Assembly: GCA_035285865.1 (NCBI GenBank)
Contig: JAYKHS010000003.1
Span: forward strand, 158,016-222,015
Length of the DNA stretch: 64,000 nt
Direction of reading: 5' to 3'
DNA from: Candidatus Sericytochromatia bacterium
Lineage (GTDB): Bacteria; Cyanobacteriota; Sericytochromatia; S15B-MN24; VGJW01
Part shown: piece by piece, positions 29,437 to 40,242 of the stretch
Numbering within the stretch: position 1 is the first letter of the stretch
Layout of the letters: every line of letters begins with the position of its first letter
Translations under genes and position numbers: made by a program
The notes under the pieces: generated by a model
Database searches by the model: none
What the model was told of the DNA's origin: nothing
What the model saw: the letters and a program-made list of their open reading frames with translations, nothing else

Positions 29437-31095
29437 ATGCGCCGCGTCCTGTCCTCGCTCCTGTCCCTCGGCCTGCTGGCGGGTTGTGCCGGCAAGGGAG
29501 GCGACCAGCCTGCCAAGACCGGCGAAGGCGGCGGTGCCATGGCGCGGACCGTCGTGATCCACAACCAACAGGAACCGGAAACGCTGAACGGTGCCATTTC
29601 GAGCATGATGGCGACCGTCGACGCCATCACGCCGATCATGAGCGCGCTCATCACGGTCAACGACAAGATGGAGTACATCCCCGACCTTGCCGAGACCGTG
29701 CCGACCCTTGAGAACAAGGGCGTCAAGCTCGAGGGCAAGGGCATGGCCGTCACCTACAAGCTGCGCAAGGCGAGCTGGCATGACGGCAAGCCCGTGACGG
29801 CGGACGACGTGAAGTTCACGTGGCAAGTCTACATGGACCCCGCAGTCAAAGCGACGAGCCGGGACGGCTACGACAAGATCAAGGCCGTGGATACCCCTGA
29901 CCCTCAGACGGTCGTCGTCCATTTCAAGGAAATCTACGCCCCGTACCTCGGGCTGTTTGGCGGCATCTTCCCGCGCCACCTGCTCGAAGCCGACCTCAAG
30001 AAGCAGGACAAGCCCGGCGACAGCCACTTCAACCAATCCGCGTGGAACCGTGCCCCCGTCGGCTCCGGTGCCTTCAAGTTCAAGGAGTGGGTGCCCGGCG
30101 ACCACATCACCTATGAAGCCAACTCGGCCTACTACCGCGGCAAGCCCAAGGTGGAGACGATCGTCTTCAAGATCATCCCCGACGAGAACAACGCCTATAC
30201 CCAGCTCCAAGCGGGGGCGATCGACATCTACCAGAGCGCCGCGCTGACGCAGTACGACCAGCTCAAACAGATGCCCGGGGTCGTCATTCACGAAACGCCT
30301 TCGCTCTCCTACGAGCACCTCGACTTCAATCTGGCGAATCCCGTACTCGCCGATGTGAAGGTACGCCGCGCCATCTCGATGGCCATCAACCGCGAGGAGA
30401 TCTCGGCCAAGATCTACAAGGGCCTCTACAAGCCGGCCTACAGCGACCAGTCTCCGCTGAACACGACCTACTACGAGCCTGCGGTCGAGAAGGTCTCGGG
30501 CTTCGACCCTGAAGGAGCTGGGAAACTGCTCGACGAAGCCGGGTGGACGCTGGGTGCGGACGGCTTCCGCATCAAGGACGGCAAGCCCCTGAAGCTCACC
30601 ATTGCCTCGACCAGCGGCCGCAAGCCGCGGGAGCTGACGGAGCAGGTCATCAAGAGCTACTTGAAGGCCGTCGGGATCAATCTGGAGATCAACAACGTCC
30701 CGGGCCCCAAACTCTTCGGGCGGCCGGACGGCCTGCTCTACAGCGGCCAGTATGATCTGGGCCTCTATGCGTGGGTCAGCAACATCGACCCCAATAACAT
30801 CTTCCTCTGGAGCAGCAAGCAGCATCCGCCCGCTGGCCAGAACTACACCCGCTACAGCAACCCCGAGGTCGACAAGCTGACGGAAGCCGGCAACAAGACG
30901 GTCTCCACGGCCGAGCGCGCGAAGATCTACAAGCGCATCCAGCTGCTGCTCGCCCAGGATGCCCCGATGATGCCGCTGCTGGTCTGGACCACGCTCAACG
31001 TCGTCAACCAGCGGATCGAAGGCTTCAAGCCCAACCCCACGTCGGCAGGCAATCTCTGGAATTGCCACGAGTGGGCCATCAAGCAGGTCAAGTGA
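29437..31095 (+). CDS. oppA: Peptide ABC transporter substrate-binding lipoprotein (family 5)
   Basis: LLAGC lipobox, WHDGKPVTADDVKFT, PVGSGAFKFKEW, DVKVRRAISMAINRE. Confidence 0.9.
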   Translation: MRRVLSSLLSLGLLAGCAGKGGDQPAKTGEGGGAMARTVVIHNQQEPETLNGAISSMMATVDAITPIMSALITVNDKMEYIPDLAETVPTLENKGVKLEGKGMAVTYKLRKASWHDGKPVTADDVKFTWQVYMDPAVKATSRDGYDKIKAVDTPDPQTVVVHFKEIYAPYLGLFGGIFPRHLLEADLKKQDKPGDSHFNQSAWNRAPVGSGAFKFKEWVPGDHITYEANSAYYRGKPKVETIVFKIIPDENNAYTQLQAGAIDIYQSAALTQYDQLKQMPGVVIHETPSLSYEHLDFNLANPVLADVKVRRAISMAINREEISAKIYKGLYKPAYSDQSPLNTTYYEPAVEKVSGFDPEGAGKLLDEAGWTLGADGFRIKDGKPLKLTIASTSGRKPRELTEQVIKSYLKAVGINLEINNVPGPKLFGRPDGLLYSGQYDLGLYAWVSNIDPNNIFLWSSKQHPPAGQNYTRYSNPEVDKLTEAGNKTVSTAERAKIYKRIQLLLAQDAPMMPLLVWTTLNVVNQRIEGFKPNPTSAGNLWNCHEWAIKQVK

Positions 31096-31099
31096 CGCC

Positions 31100-32050
31100 A
31101 TGGGGGCCTACATCCTGCGCCGGCTGCTGACCAGCCTGCCCCTGCTGCTGGGCGTCACCCTGCTCCTGTTCTGCATCATGCACCTGATGCCCGGGGGCCC
31201 CTTGGCCGCCTACACCCAGAACCCCCGGGTAAGACCAGAGGATCTGGAGAAGATCAAGCACATCATGGGTCTGGACCAGCCCCTGTACATGCAGTACCTC
31301 TATTGGCTCAGATCCCTGCTCACAGGCAACCTCGGCAACTCGCTCTTCACCGGACAGGCCGTCACGGAGATGATTGCCTCATTCCTGCCCAACACCCTGG
31401 TGCTGATGGGAACGTCCTTCGTCGTGTCGCTGGCCATCGGCGTGTTCCTCGGCGTCATGAGCGCCGTCAAGCAGTACACGCCCTTCGACTTCGGCGTTAC
31501 GACCTTCGCCTTCATCGGCTACAGCCTGCCGGTCTTCTGGTTCGGTGTGATGCTGCTGCTGCTTTTCGCAGCCCAGCTCAAGTGGCTGCCTTCCGGCGGC
31601 GTCCATGATCTGGGCGAGACCGGCCTGCTCGACTTGCTTGAGCACCTGGTGCTGCCGGTCACCATGCTCTCGATCGTCTCGGTGGCCTCCTGGAGTCGCT
31701 ACATGCGCAGTTCGATGCTCGAGGTCATCCGCCAGGAATACGTGCGGACGGCGAGGGCCAAAGGCCTTGACGAGTTTCGCGTCATTGGTCGGCACGCCTT
31801 CCGCAACGCCTTGGTGCCCGTGGTGACCATCATCGCTCTGGCGCTGCCCGGCATCTTCGGCGGAGCCATCATGACCGAGACGATTTTCGCCTGGCCCGGC
31901 ATTGGCCGACTGTTCTTCGATTCGCTGGGCCGCAGCGACTACCCCGTCATCATGGCCATTCTCACCATCTCCGCCGCGCTGGTCGTCGTGTCCAACATCC
32001 TGGCCGACATCGCCTACGCGGCCCTCGACCCGCGCATCCGATACGACTGA
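31100..32050 (+). CDS. oppB: Peptide ABC transporter permease (OppB)
   Basis: GLDQPLYMQY, YVRTARAKGL, ETIFAWPGIG, LDPRIRY. Confidence 0.92.
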   Translation: MGAYILRRLLTSLPLLLGVTLLLFCIMHLMPGGPLAAYTQNPRVRPEDLEKIKHIMGLDQPLYMQYLYWLRSLLTGNLGNSLFTGQAVTEMIASFLPNTLVLMGTSFVVSLAIGVFLGVMSAVKQYTPFDFGVTTFAFIGYSLPVFWFGVMLLLLFAAQLKWLPSGGVHDLGETGLLDLLEHLVLPVTMLSIVSVASWSRYMRSSMLEVIRQEYVRTARAKGLDEFRVIGRHAFRNALVPVVTIIALALPGIFGGAIMTETIFAWPGIGRLFFDSLGRSDYPVIMAILTISAALVVVSNILADIAYAALDPRIRYD

Positions 32051-32060
32051 GGGTCCCGCT

Positions 32061-32993
32061 TTGGCCACCGCAACCGCTCCACGTGACGCCCGGTCGGGCG
32101 CGACGCTACCCCCGCCGGAAAGCTTCGGGGCCATGGTCCTGCGGCGCTTCCTCAAGCATCGCCTGGCCGTAACCTCGACGGTCATGTTGGTGTTGCTTGT
32201 CCTCGGGTCCATCGTCGGTCCTTGGTTCCTGCCAGCCTATGATGCCCAGGACCTCTCCAACACCAACCAGCTGATGCCCACGCTGGCCCATCCGCTGGGT
32301 ACGGACGAACTGGGGCAGGACGTCTTGGCCCGCCTGCTCTATGCCGGTCGTATCTCCTTGTTCGTCGGCCTGTCCGCAGCCGTGCTGGGCGTGCTCATCG
32401 GCACGCTCATCGGCGCGCTTACAGGCTACTTCGGCAAGTGGATCGACACCTTGGGGATGCGTCTTACGGACATGTTCCTCTGCATCCCGCTGCTGATGTT
32501 GCTGCTGGTCCTTTCCAACTTCACGCGAGGCAAGACACTGGTTCCCTTCGTGGCTCCTGAACTGCAGCAACTCGCCCTCATCGCCGTGATCATCGGTGCC
32601 AGTTCGTGGATGGGCGTCGCCCGCCTGGTCCGCGGCGAATTTCTCTCTCTGCGCGAACAGGAGTTCGTCGAAGCCTCGCGGTCCGTGGGTGGCAAGTCTG
32701 CGTGGATCATCACGCGGCATCTGATTCCCAATGCCATGGCACCCATCTTCGTCGCGGCCACGCTTCAGGTAGGCGAAGCCATCATTCTCGAGAGTGGCCT
32801 CTCCTTCCTGGGGATGGGCATCCAGCCGCCCGTTCCCAGCTGGGGCAACATGCTGAGCAATGCCCAGCAGTACATGATCGCGACGCCTTGGCTCGCTGTT
32901 TATCCCGGCATCATGATCTTCCTGACGGTCGTCTCGATCAACTTCATCGGCGACGGTCTTCGGGATGCCCTGGATCCCAAGCTGAAGTCCTGA
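32061..32993 (+). CDS. oppC: Peptide ABC transporter permease (OppC)
   Basis: HPLGTDELGQD, EFVEASRSVG, GDGLRDALDPK; TTG start is approximate. Confidence 0.9.
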   Translation: MATATAPRDARSGATLPPPESFGAMVLRRFLKHRLAVTSTVMLVLLVLGSIVGPWFLPAYDAQDLSNTNQLMPTLAHPLGTDELGQDVLARLLYAGRISLFVGLSAAVLGVLIGTLIGALTGYFGKWIDTLGMRLTDMFLCIPLLMLLLVLSNFTRGKTLVPFVAPELQQLALIAVIIGASSWMGVARLVRGEFLSLREQEFVEASRSVGGKSAWIITRHLIPNAMAPIFVAATLQVGEAIILESGLSFLGMGIQPPVPSWGNMLSNAQQYMIATPWLAVYPGIMIFLTVVSINFIGDGLRDALDPKLKS

Positions 32994-33018
32994 CCCGGCT
33001 CTGTCCAAGGAGGCCCCC

Positions 33019-34224
33019 TTGCCACCAGCCATTGTCTTCCTCGGGGGAGCGCGCACGCCCTTCCTTGAATTCGGCGGTCAGGGCCGCGACTTGTCTCCGA
33101 CCGATCTGGGGGTCATCGCCGCCGAGGGTGCGCTGGCACGCGCCCAGGTTTCGGCGTCTGACATCCAGAATGTCGTCATCGGCAACGTCGTGCATTGCAA
33201 GGAAGACGCGGCCTATCTCGCCCGCCACGTCGGCCTGCGCGCAGGGGTGCCCATCGAGACTCCGGCGCTGACCGTCAATCGCCTCTGTGGTTCCGGCCTG
33301 CAAGCCATCATCACGGGTGCCCAGGAAATGCTGCTCGAAGAGTCGGAGAACGTCCTCGCTGGAGGCACCGAGAGCCTGAGCACGGCGCCCTACGTCGTGC
33401 CACGAGCGCGCTGGGGCAATGCCATGAACGCCATGCCGCTGGTCGACACGCTGTGGTCGGCCCTGACGGATTCTTTCTGCAAGACCCCGATGGCCATCAC
33501 GGCCGAAAACCTCGCTGACAAGTACGGCATCTCGCGAGAGGAGCAAGATGCCTTTGCCCTCGCGTCCCACGCGAAGGCCCATGCATCGCAGGCCGCGCTC
33601 GCCCGGGAGATCGTGCCCGTCCGGATTGCCGGACGCAAGGGAGAAATTGAGCTCTCGACCGATGAGCACGTGCGCGGCGACGCCACGACGGAAGGGCTGG
33701 CCCGGCTGCCGGCGCGCTTCCGTGACAACGGGACGGTCACTGCCGGCAACGCCAGCGGCATCAATGACGGGGCTGCCGCGATCGTGATGGCGACGGATGC
33801 GTGGGCATCACGTCAGGGACTTGTCCCCTGGGCCACGCTGACCAGCTGGGCCGTAGCCGGTGTCGAGCCCGCCTACATGGGCTATGGACCGGTCCCGGCC
33901 AGCCAGAAAGCGCTCGCACGGGCAGGCCTCGGGCTGGAGGACATGGCGGTCGTCGAGATCAACGAAGCATTCGCCGCCCAGGCGCTTGCGGTCTGCAAGG
34001 GACTGGGACTCGAGTCGGACCGGGTCAACCGGCAGGGAGGTGCCATTGCACTCGGGCATCCCTTGGCTGCCTCGGGCACACGGTTGGTCCTGACGGCGCT
34101 GGACCAGCTCGTGCAGCGCGGTGGCGGCCACGCCCTCGTGACGCTGTGCATAGGCGGAGGCCAAGGCATCGCGGCCATCTTGACCGTGGATGACAAACTC
34201 CACCTCCCTGCGGGTTCCCGCTGA
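33019..34224 (+). CDS. Acetyl-CoA C-acyltransferase (thiolase)
   Basis: NRLCGSG, TAGNASGINDGAAA, EINEAFAAQ, GHPLAASG, LCIGGGQG. Confidence 0.95.
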   Translation: MPPAIVFLGGARTPFLEFGGQGRDLSPTDLGVIAAEGALARAQVSASDIQNVVIGNVVHCKEDAAYLARHVGLRAGVPIETPALTVNRLCGSGLQAIITGAQEMLLEESENVLAGGTESLSTAPYVVPRARWGNAMNAMPLVDTLWSALTDSFCKTPMAITAENLADKYGISREEQDAFALASHAKAHASQAALAREIVPVRIAGRKGEIELSTDEHVRGDATTEGLARLPARFRDNGTVTAGNASGINDGAAAIVMATDAWASRQGLVPWATLTSWAVAGVEPAYMGYGPVPASQKALARAGLGLEDMAVVEINEAFAAQALAVCKGLGLESDRVNRQGGAIALGHPLAASGTRLVLTALDQLVQRGGGHALVTLCIGGGQGIAAILTVDDKLHLPAGSR

Positions 34225-34231
34225 GGCAAAC

Positions 34232-35866
34232 TTGAACAGCGCGTCGTCCAGCCTGCCCGAACTGCAGCTGCTCGGGGACCTGAGTCGTGCGCTGGCACAG
34301 GGGGCGACGGCAGGCACCCTCGTCAGACTTGGCCTTCGCCGCATGGCTGACCTCCTCGAGGCCAAGTACTGCGCGGTCGTCCTCCAGCAGGAGCAGGGAC
34401 CGCCCCTGATTGAAGGCCTGTGGGTCCGCGGTCGGCCGGAATCCGCACAGTCCGGCTTCCTTGACGAGGCGCGCGCGATGCTGAGCTCTCTTCAGACGCA
34501 GGTGCCCGGGGGGGCGACGGAGTCCCTGCCCGAAGGCCTCATCCTGGTCGAGGACATCCTGGAGCTCGCTGGAGAAGGCACAGAAGTCACGCAGGTTCTC
34601 GCCGCGAACTGGGGCTTTCGCAGCTTCCTGGGCGCCCCGCTCGTCGAGGAAGGGAAGACCCGAGGGCACGTCTACGTCATCTACGAGGACTCGCGGGAAT
34701 TCCCGGAGCGCGACATCCTGCTGGCCTCGGCACTCGCCGACCAGCTCGTGGCCGCTTTGCGCATGAGCCGGCAACGCGCCTTCTCGGACCAGGTGGTCCG
34801 CCAGCTACCGGCCATGCTGGCCCTCCTGGACGGTGAGGGTCGACTCAGCTGGGTCAGCCCTCAGGTGCTCTCCTGGTTCGACCAGCCCGAACAGGACCTT
34901 CTGGGACAGAACGCCATGACGCTGCTGGCTACCGTCACCGACCTGGACCTCTCCAACCGTCAGATGCCCGAGGGTTCCTTCAGAATCGATGCCTTGCCGC
35001 TACAGCTGCCGAGGTGGAACGAGGGACGAACCTCGTGGTGGGATCTGGTCATCGAACCGGTCGGTTCGGCCAGCGGAAGCAGCGGCACGCTTCTCCTCGC
35101 CCTCGAGGTCACGGAACGTACCCAGCGCAGCCTGCGCGACCAGGAACACGCAGACCGACAGCGCCATCTGGACCGCCTGCGGGATGACTTCGTCAGCGCA
35201 GCATCGCACGAACTCCACACGCCGCTCGCTTCGATCATCGGCCATGCCGAGTTGCTCGAGGACGGCCTGGAAGGACCGCTCAACGCACGACAGCTGGACT
35301 TCCTGCACGAAATCCAGCTCGCGGCGAATCGTCTTCAGCGGCTCGTCGACGATCTCCTGGACTTCGCGAAACTCGAGGCAGGTACCTTCAGTCTCTCCCC
35401 TCGCGAGGTCGACCTCGCGGAGCTGATCCGCCAGGCAGGCTCCAGCCTATGGCCACAACTGCGCGATGCTGGTGTCGCACTCCAGGTTGAAGAAGCAAGA
35501 GCGCCCGTGGAAGTCCTTTGCGATCCCCAGCGCATCACCCAGGTGCTGCTGAACCTGATCAACAATGCCATTCGGTTCACCCCGAAGGGGGGCCACATCC
35601 ACGTGCGCTTCGAGCAGGGTCCGACAAGCGTGACCGTGCATGTCGCGGACAGCGGCGTCGGCATCGAGGTAGCCGACCTGCCGCGAGTCTTCGACAAATA
35701 CTTCCAAGGCGCGCGCAAGCCGGTCGGCGCACACCGTGGCTCCGGTCTCGGCCTCTATGTCGCACGAGCCCTTGTCAAAGCCCACGGTGGCTCCATGGGT
35801 GTTCAAAGCAGGCCAGGCGAAGGAACATCGTTCTGGTTCGACCTGCCGCTGCTGACCCACGCATGA
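34232..35866 (+). CDS. GAF/PAS sensor histidine kinase (orphan)
   Basis: SHELHTPL H-box, NLINNAIRFT N-box, DSGVGI, GSGLGL; start uncertain (34190 or 34232). Confidence 0.9.
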   Translation: MNSASSSLPELQLLGDLSRALAQGATAGTLVRLGLRRMADLLEAKYCAVVLQQEQGPPLIEGLWVRGRPESAQSGFLDEARAMLSSLQTQVPGGATESLPEGLILVEDILELAGEGTEVTQVLAANWGFRSFLGAPLVEEGKTRGHVYVIYEDSREFPERDILLASALADQLVAALRMSRQRAFSDQVVRQLPAMLALLDGEGRLSWVSPQVLSWFDQPEQDLLGQNAMTLLATVTDLDLSNRQMPEGSFRIDALPLQLPRWNEGRTSWWDLVIEPVGSASGSSGTLLLALEVTERTQRSLRDQEHADRQRHLDRLRDDFVSAASHELHTPLASIIGHAELLEDGLEGPLNARQLDFLHEIQLAANRLQRLVDDLLDFAKLEAGTFSLSPREVDLAELIRQAGSSLWPQLRDAGVALQVEEARAPVEVLCDPQRITQVLLNLINNAIRFTPKGGHIHVRFEQGPTSVTVHVADSGVGIEVADLPRVFDKYFQGARKPVGAHRGSGLGLYVARALVKAHGGSMGVQSRPGEGTSFWFDLPLLTHA

Positions 35867-35907
35867 CTCGAGGGGCATCCCGGGATGACCGGGATGCCCC
35901 TCGAGTC
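35865..35907. terminator. 19-bp perfect inverted repeat between convergent genes
   Basis: GACTCGAGGGGCATCCCGG-gatga-CCGGGATGCCCCTCGAGTC. Confidence 0.65.
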
Positions 35908-35917
35908 GCCTGACCGA

Positions 35918-37174
35918 CTAGCGGGAAGCCTTGGCCAAATTGATCCGTCCGTGGCCGTAGAGCTCGTCGAAGCCAAGGGTGCCCAGATCGTCCGTGGAGG
36001 CCTTCAGGGCATCGCGAACCTGAGCCACAGACCAATCAGGATGCGCTGCACGCATCATCGTCGCGGTACCTGCCACGAACGGACACGCCATCGAGGTACC
36101 GGATGCCTTGCCGTAGGTGGTGCCCATCTGGCTGCCCTTGGTGGGCAGCGTGCTCATGATGCCGCCACCCGGTGCCGACACCCAGACCTGCTTGCCACGG
36201 CTGGAGAAGCTGGAGATCTTCTCGCCGCCGAACATCCCGTCACTGGTGCTGGAGACGGCGATGGCCAAGGGGTCGTTGGCCGGCGACCCGACGAAGCGGC
36301 CGTTGTTGCCCGCAGCACAGATGACCACGGTGCCCTTCGACAGGCAGTACTCCAAAGCATCATGCATCACAGGATCCACTTGGGTGGTGTCCGAACCGAG
36401 GCTCATGTTCAGGACCTTGGCACCGGCATCAGCCGCGGCCTTCATGCCTTGTGCAACGCCCTCGGTGGTGCCAGAGCCGTTATCACCCAGGACCTTGATG
36501 GCCAGAATGGGAGCGTTCCAGACGATACCGGCGATGCCTTCGCTGTTGTTTCCGGTGGCACCGATGATGCCGGCGCAGTGGGTGCCGTGACCCACCTTGT
36601 CATCCGTACCCGTGCCGCCGGCAAAGTTCTGGCCACTGCGGACCCGTCCACCGAGATCAGGATGCGCAGCATCCACACCGGTGTCGGCGACTGCCACCAG
36701 CGTTCTCGATGCATCGATGCCCTCCCAGTTGGCGGGCATGCCGGTGCGACCATAGGCCCACTGCTTGGAGAAGCTGGGATCGTTGATGCTGATGAGCGCA
36801 CCGACCTCGCGGGCCAGCTCGGCCTCTTGCACCACGGGGATGGCGCGGTATATCCGCTGGGGCACGGCTGCACGCACGCCGGGCTGCAGCCGCAGACGCG
36901 CCAGGAAAGCGTCGCGGTCGACACCATCAGGAATCCGAACGACATGCATCTCGCTGCGAAGACGGAAGGTACGGGAAACGGTCGCGCCCATCGCCTTGAC
37001 GGTCCGGGTCGCCTGGCCTGCCGCGGCAGGGTCCACCATCACGACGATCTCACGGTTGGCCTGCGCCGACACGTCCGTCGAGGCGGTACGCACGGACGGC
37101 GCCACCGAACCTGCAACCTGCTGGCCGCAACCGACCGTCGCCGCAACCAACAAAAGCCCCATTGCCTTGCGCAT
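35918..37174 (-). CDS. S8 subtilisin-like serine protease, lipoprotein
   Basis: TVGC lipobox; triad VADTGVD, HGTHCAG, GTSMACP; AAGN oxyanion motif. Confidence 0.93.
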   Translation of the reverse strand: MRKAMGLLLVAATVGCGQQVAGSVAPSVRTASTDVSAQANREIVVMVDPAAAGQATRTVKAMGATVSRTFRLRSEMHVVRIPDGVDRDAFLARLRLQPGVRAAVPQRIYRAIPVVQEAELAREVGALISINDPSFSKQWAYGRTGMPANWEGIDASRTLVAVADTGVDAAHPDLGGRVRSGQNFAGGTGTDDKVGHGTHCAGIIGATGNNSEGIAGIVWNAPILAIKVLGDNGSGTTEGVAQGMKAAADAGAKVLNMSLGSDTTQVDPVMHDALEYCLSKGTVVICAAGNNGRFVGSPANDPLAIAVSSTSDGMFGGEKISSFSSRGKQVWVSAPGGGIMSTLPTKGSQMGTTYGKASGTSMACPFVAGTATMMRAAHPDWSVAQVRDALKASTDDLGTLGFDELYGHGRINLAKASR

Positions 37175-37225
37175 GGTTTCCGGACTCTCCTGAAGAAAGG
37201 GTAAGAAGAAGTTAACCAAGGATTA

Positions 37226-37254
37226 ACATCGCCATCCTAGGGCTTCTCCTTGCG
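37226..37254 (-). promoter_or_regulatory. Putative sigma-28-like promoter of the S8 protease gene
   Basis: Minus strand CGCAAG-N15-GGCGATGT. Confidence 0.45.
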
Positions 37255-37293
37255 TCTTTCAAGAGAAAAAACGCAGAAACTTTTCGCGGCGGC

Positions 37294-40242
37294 TCAATCC
37301 TCGAGGATCAGCTTGCGGATGGTCTGGTTCCCGGCACGGGTGTAGTAGATCTCGCGCAGCAGGGGAGCGGCCGTGTCGTCGATGACGAAACTGGTTATGG
37401 CAGCATCCTCGGTCGAGAAGACGGGCACGATGGTGCCGGCCTCTGGATCGATACGGTAGATGGTCTTGCCATCCGCCACGTACACGTAGCCCCGGCCATC
37501 TACCTCAAGCCACGAGGGCTTCGTCAGGCCGAACTGCGCAGCATTGGTCTTGTCGGTACCCTGTCCGTCGCCCGCAATCGTGGAGACGATGTATTGGAAG
37601 TAGGCGTCCGAGAATGGGCCGCCGCAGGCGGCGTCGGGAGCAGTAAGGGTCTTGTCTCGCGGACTGAGCATGCGGACCCGCTTACCATCGATGAAGAACA
37701 CCCGTCTGCGGCCCGAGGCACTGTTCCGCTCGACCTTCAGGCGAGTCACGCTGCCCAGCTGGACCAGCATGGCATTGATGTTGTCGAGGTTGTAACCCTG
37801 CTGCCCGGTACCGGCAATTGTCGCGAGTCCCGAAGCGCCAAAGCCACAAGAAGGCTTCCAGATGCAGATCCGGTAATTGTTCGTGTCCCCGACGAAAACC
37901 GTGCCATGCTCGTCGACATCGACGGCTTCAGGCGCATCCAGAACATAGAACGGAGGATCGGCGTCCGGTTCGCTCTTGACCAGAGACTCGAGGATACCCT
38001 GTGTCGTTCCCGGCATGTCCAGATGGCGAATGCGCCTGATGACAGGATCCGCGACCACGATGCTGCCGCTGGGCGTGACCGCGATGGCGGCGGGCTTGTC
38101 GATGTGCCCTCCACCCTCGGTTTCGGAGAAGAGGGTCTCGCTGATTCTCTGACCATCGCCGATTCGGCTGTCATAAACGCTGCGGGAATCGACCAATTCC
38201 CTTGAGGACGCGCTGCCGACGGTGAAGGCACGCAACCGGGCCGGTCCCCCTTCCTTGTCGTGAATGAAGGTCACCAGCAAATCGCCTGCCGAACCGGTCG
38301 GCACGAACTCGATTCTACGCGGCTCCTGCCGAAGGTTGCCAGTGGGATCACGATCCAGGGTGGCGTCCACATCGGGCTGGGTCGCCTCGGTCCAGGTCGA
38401 AACATCCCCGGGTCCGGCACCCACATCGAGGATGTGAACACTGCCGTCGGGCGCAAGCGCAGCCAGGCGCTGACCGTCCGAGGACACGGCGAGGGACTGG
38501 GGATCGAAGCCGGGCTTGCGGATCTCCATCGACGGCGAACTAGCCGAGATAGCCCCGAGCGAGGACGGCAACGACAGCCTCAAGATGGCGTCGTCTGCCG
38601 CCACGTAAAGCACCGAAGCAGACGAGGGAGAGGCCACCACGTCCCGGATGCTCGCGATGCGCACGGAGAAGCGATCCACGCCGGTTGCCGAAGAGGCATC
38701 CTCGAGTGATTGCGTGGCACCAGCACTGCCAAGGACCTGGCGCAACTTGTCCCCTACACCGTAGAACAGGGCCGTACCTGTAGCGAAGGCGTATCTGATG
38801 CTCGGCGAAGCCGTCATCCCCGCGACGGCAACAATCGGCTGTCCGCCAAGTACGACATCCTTGGCCACCACATCGACGTCCGGGTCCGGGGTGGCCGTCG
38901 GCGAGGGAGCTCCGGCAGCGAGCACTCCCGGGGCCTTGGCATCCACAGAGACATAGACGGCTCGCGAATCCGCCACCACGTAGCCCGCGCCGCCCTTGCC
39001 AGACGCAAAACCCGAGAGGTCCACCGCGGTCTTCTCGAGTCCGGTGCTGCCGAGGTCGACGGGCTTGAGGCTCGTCTTGGCCTCGCGCATCTCGTCGATC
39101 GTTCCTGCTTTGACACCGACCACGGCGCGATTGTCACCATTCACGCTGATGAACAGCAACTCATCCGGAGTACCCGCCGAAGGAGACCTGCGGACCGTGG
39201 ACAGTCCAAAATCGACAAATGCCTTGTTGCGCAGCGGCTGCTCCTCGAGGTCCCCGGGCTCGAGCAACCTCGCCCCACCCATCACATGCTTCAAAACACC
39301 ATCCGAGCGCGCCTGATCATCGGTCTGAACCGCCTCCAGACCAGCCTGATCGAGCATCATCAGGATGTGACGCTCCTTGGGCTCCTGGACCTCGAAAATC
39401 GGGTTGACGTTGAAGAACAGGCGCCGACGTCCGCCCCACTTGTCGAGGTAGAGGTTCCGAGGGTTGGCCAGCTCGGCAAATCGGGCCCGGCTCACGAAAT
39501 TGGGGAAGTAGGGATCCCCGCCGAACCCATAGGAAGGTGCTCCACCGATGCCAGCCACCAATTGACTGCTGTCCACGGTCACACTGACGGCACTGCGCGA
39601 GAACAGCACGACCTGGAAGTTGGCCTTCAGGCCCTCGGCGAGGACCCGACGGCCGACCATGTTGTATTCCCTGTCTACGCTGGCTTGGCCCTGATTGTAG
39701 GGTGGCTCCGCCCCGCCTTCATTCAGGAAGATGTTGGTCTGCCCGGGCGCAGGTCCTGCATCCAACTGTTCCTTGGTCTCGAGGTAGGCGCGAACCTCGA
39801 CGAGCATGCCGGTCTCGGCCTTCAGGACGTAGGTTCTGGCCTCACGTGCCCCGGTGCTGGTCCTGAAGAAGAAGTCCGAAAGCCTGACCTTGCCGTCGGA
39901 GCCGATGAGTCGCAAGCGCAGGCTGCGCGCCTGGGTAGGAATGGCCTGCACCTGCCGCGCAGCGCTCACCTGAGGCCAGGCGATGGCCACGGAAACCAGA
40001 CCGAACGGCTGGTCCTTGAGTACCTCAGGCAACGCGATCCCGGAGCCCGAGACTTTCTCGGCGGGCTGCACCCGGATGGCCACCCCATCCGATTGGTCAG
40101 CCACGGCTACAGGGGCAACGGCAGTCTGAGGGGCCCCGGAAGTGTCCTGTCGGACAGGTGCCGCTGCCGGTCCGGGAGTCCGGCACGCAGGAAGCAGAAC
40201 AGTCAGAGCCAGCAGGATGGGCAGGAAGCGCGTCATCGCCAT
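37294..40242 (-). CDS. Large lipoprotein with NHL/beta-propeller repeats
   Basis: LLPAC lipobox; repeats KPAAIAVTPSGSIVVAD, APEAVDVDEHGTVFVGDTNNYRI, TIAGTG, PSWLEVDGRGYVYVAD. Confidence 0.8.
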   Translation of the reverse strand: MAMTRFLPILLALTVLLPACRTPGPAAAPVRQDTSGAPQTAVAPVAVADQSDGVAIRVQPAEKVSGSGIALPEVLKDQPFGLVSVAIAWPQVSAARQVQAIPTQARSLRLRLIGSDGKVRLSDFFFRTSTGAREARTYVLKAETGMLVEVRAYLETKEQLDAGPAPGQTNIFLNEGGAEPPYNQGQASVDREYNMVGRRVLAEGLKANFQVVLFSRSAVSVTVDSSQLVAGIGGAPSYGFGGDPYFPNFVSRARFAELANPRNLYLDKWGGRRRLFFNVNPIFEVQEPKERHILMMLDQAGLEAVQTDDQARSDGVLKHVMGGARLLEPGDLEEQPLRNKAFVDFGLSTVRRSPSAGTPDELLFISVNGDNRAVVGVKAGTIDEMREAKTSLKPVDLGSTGLEKTAVDLSGFASGKGGAGYVVADSRAVYVSVDAKAPGVLAAGAPSPTATPDPDVDVVAKDVVLGGQPIVAVAGMTASPSIRYAFATGTALFYGVGDKLRQVLGSAGATQSLEDASSATGVDRFSVRIASIRDVVASPSSASVLYVAADDAILRLSLPSSLGAISASSPSMEIRKPGFDPQSLAVSSDGQRLAALAPDGSVHILDVGAGPGDVSTWTEATQPDVDATLDRDPTGNLRQEPRRIEFVPTGSAGDLLVTFIHDKEGGPARLRAFTVGSASSRELVDSRSVYDSRIGDGQRISETLFSETEGGGHIDKPAAIAVTPSGSIVVADPVIRRIRHLDMPGTTQGILESLVKSEPDADPPFYVLDAPEAVDVDEHGTVFVGDTNNYRICIWKPSCGFGASGLATIAGTGQQGYNLDNINAMLVQLGSVTRLKVERNSASGRRRVFFIDGKRVRMLSPRDKTLTAPDAACGGPFSDAYFQYIVSTIAGDGQGTDKTNAAQFGLTKPSWLEVDGRGYVYVADGKTIYRIDPEAGTIVPVFSTEDAAITSFVIDDTAAPLLREIYYTRAGNQTIRKLILED

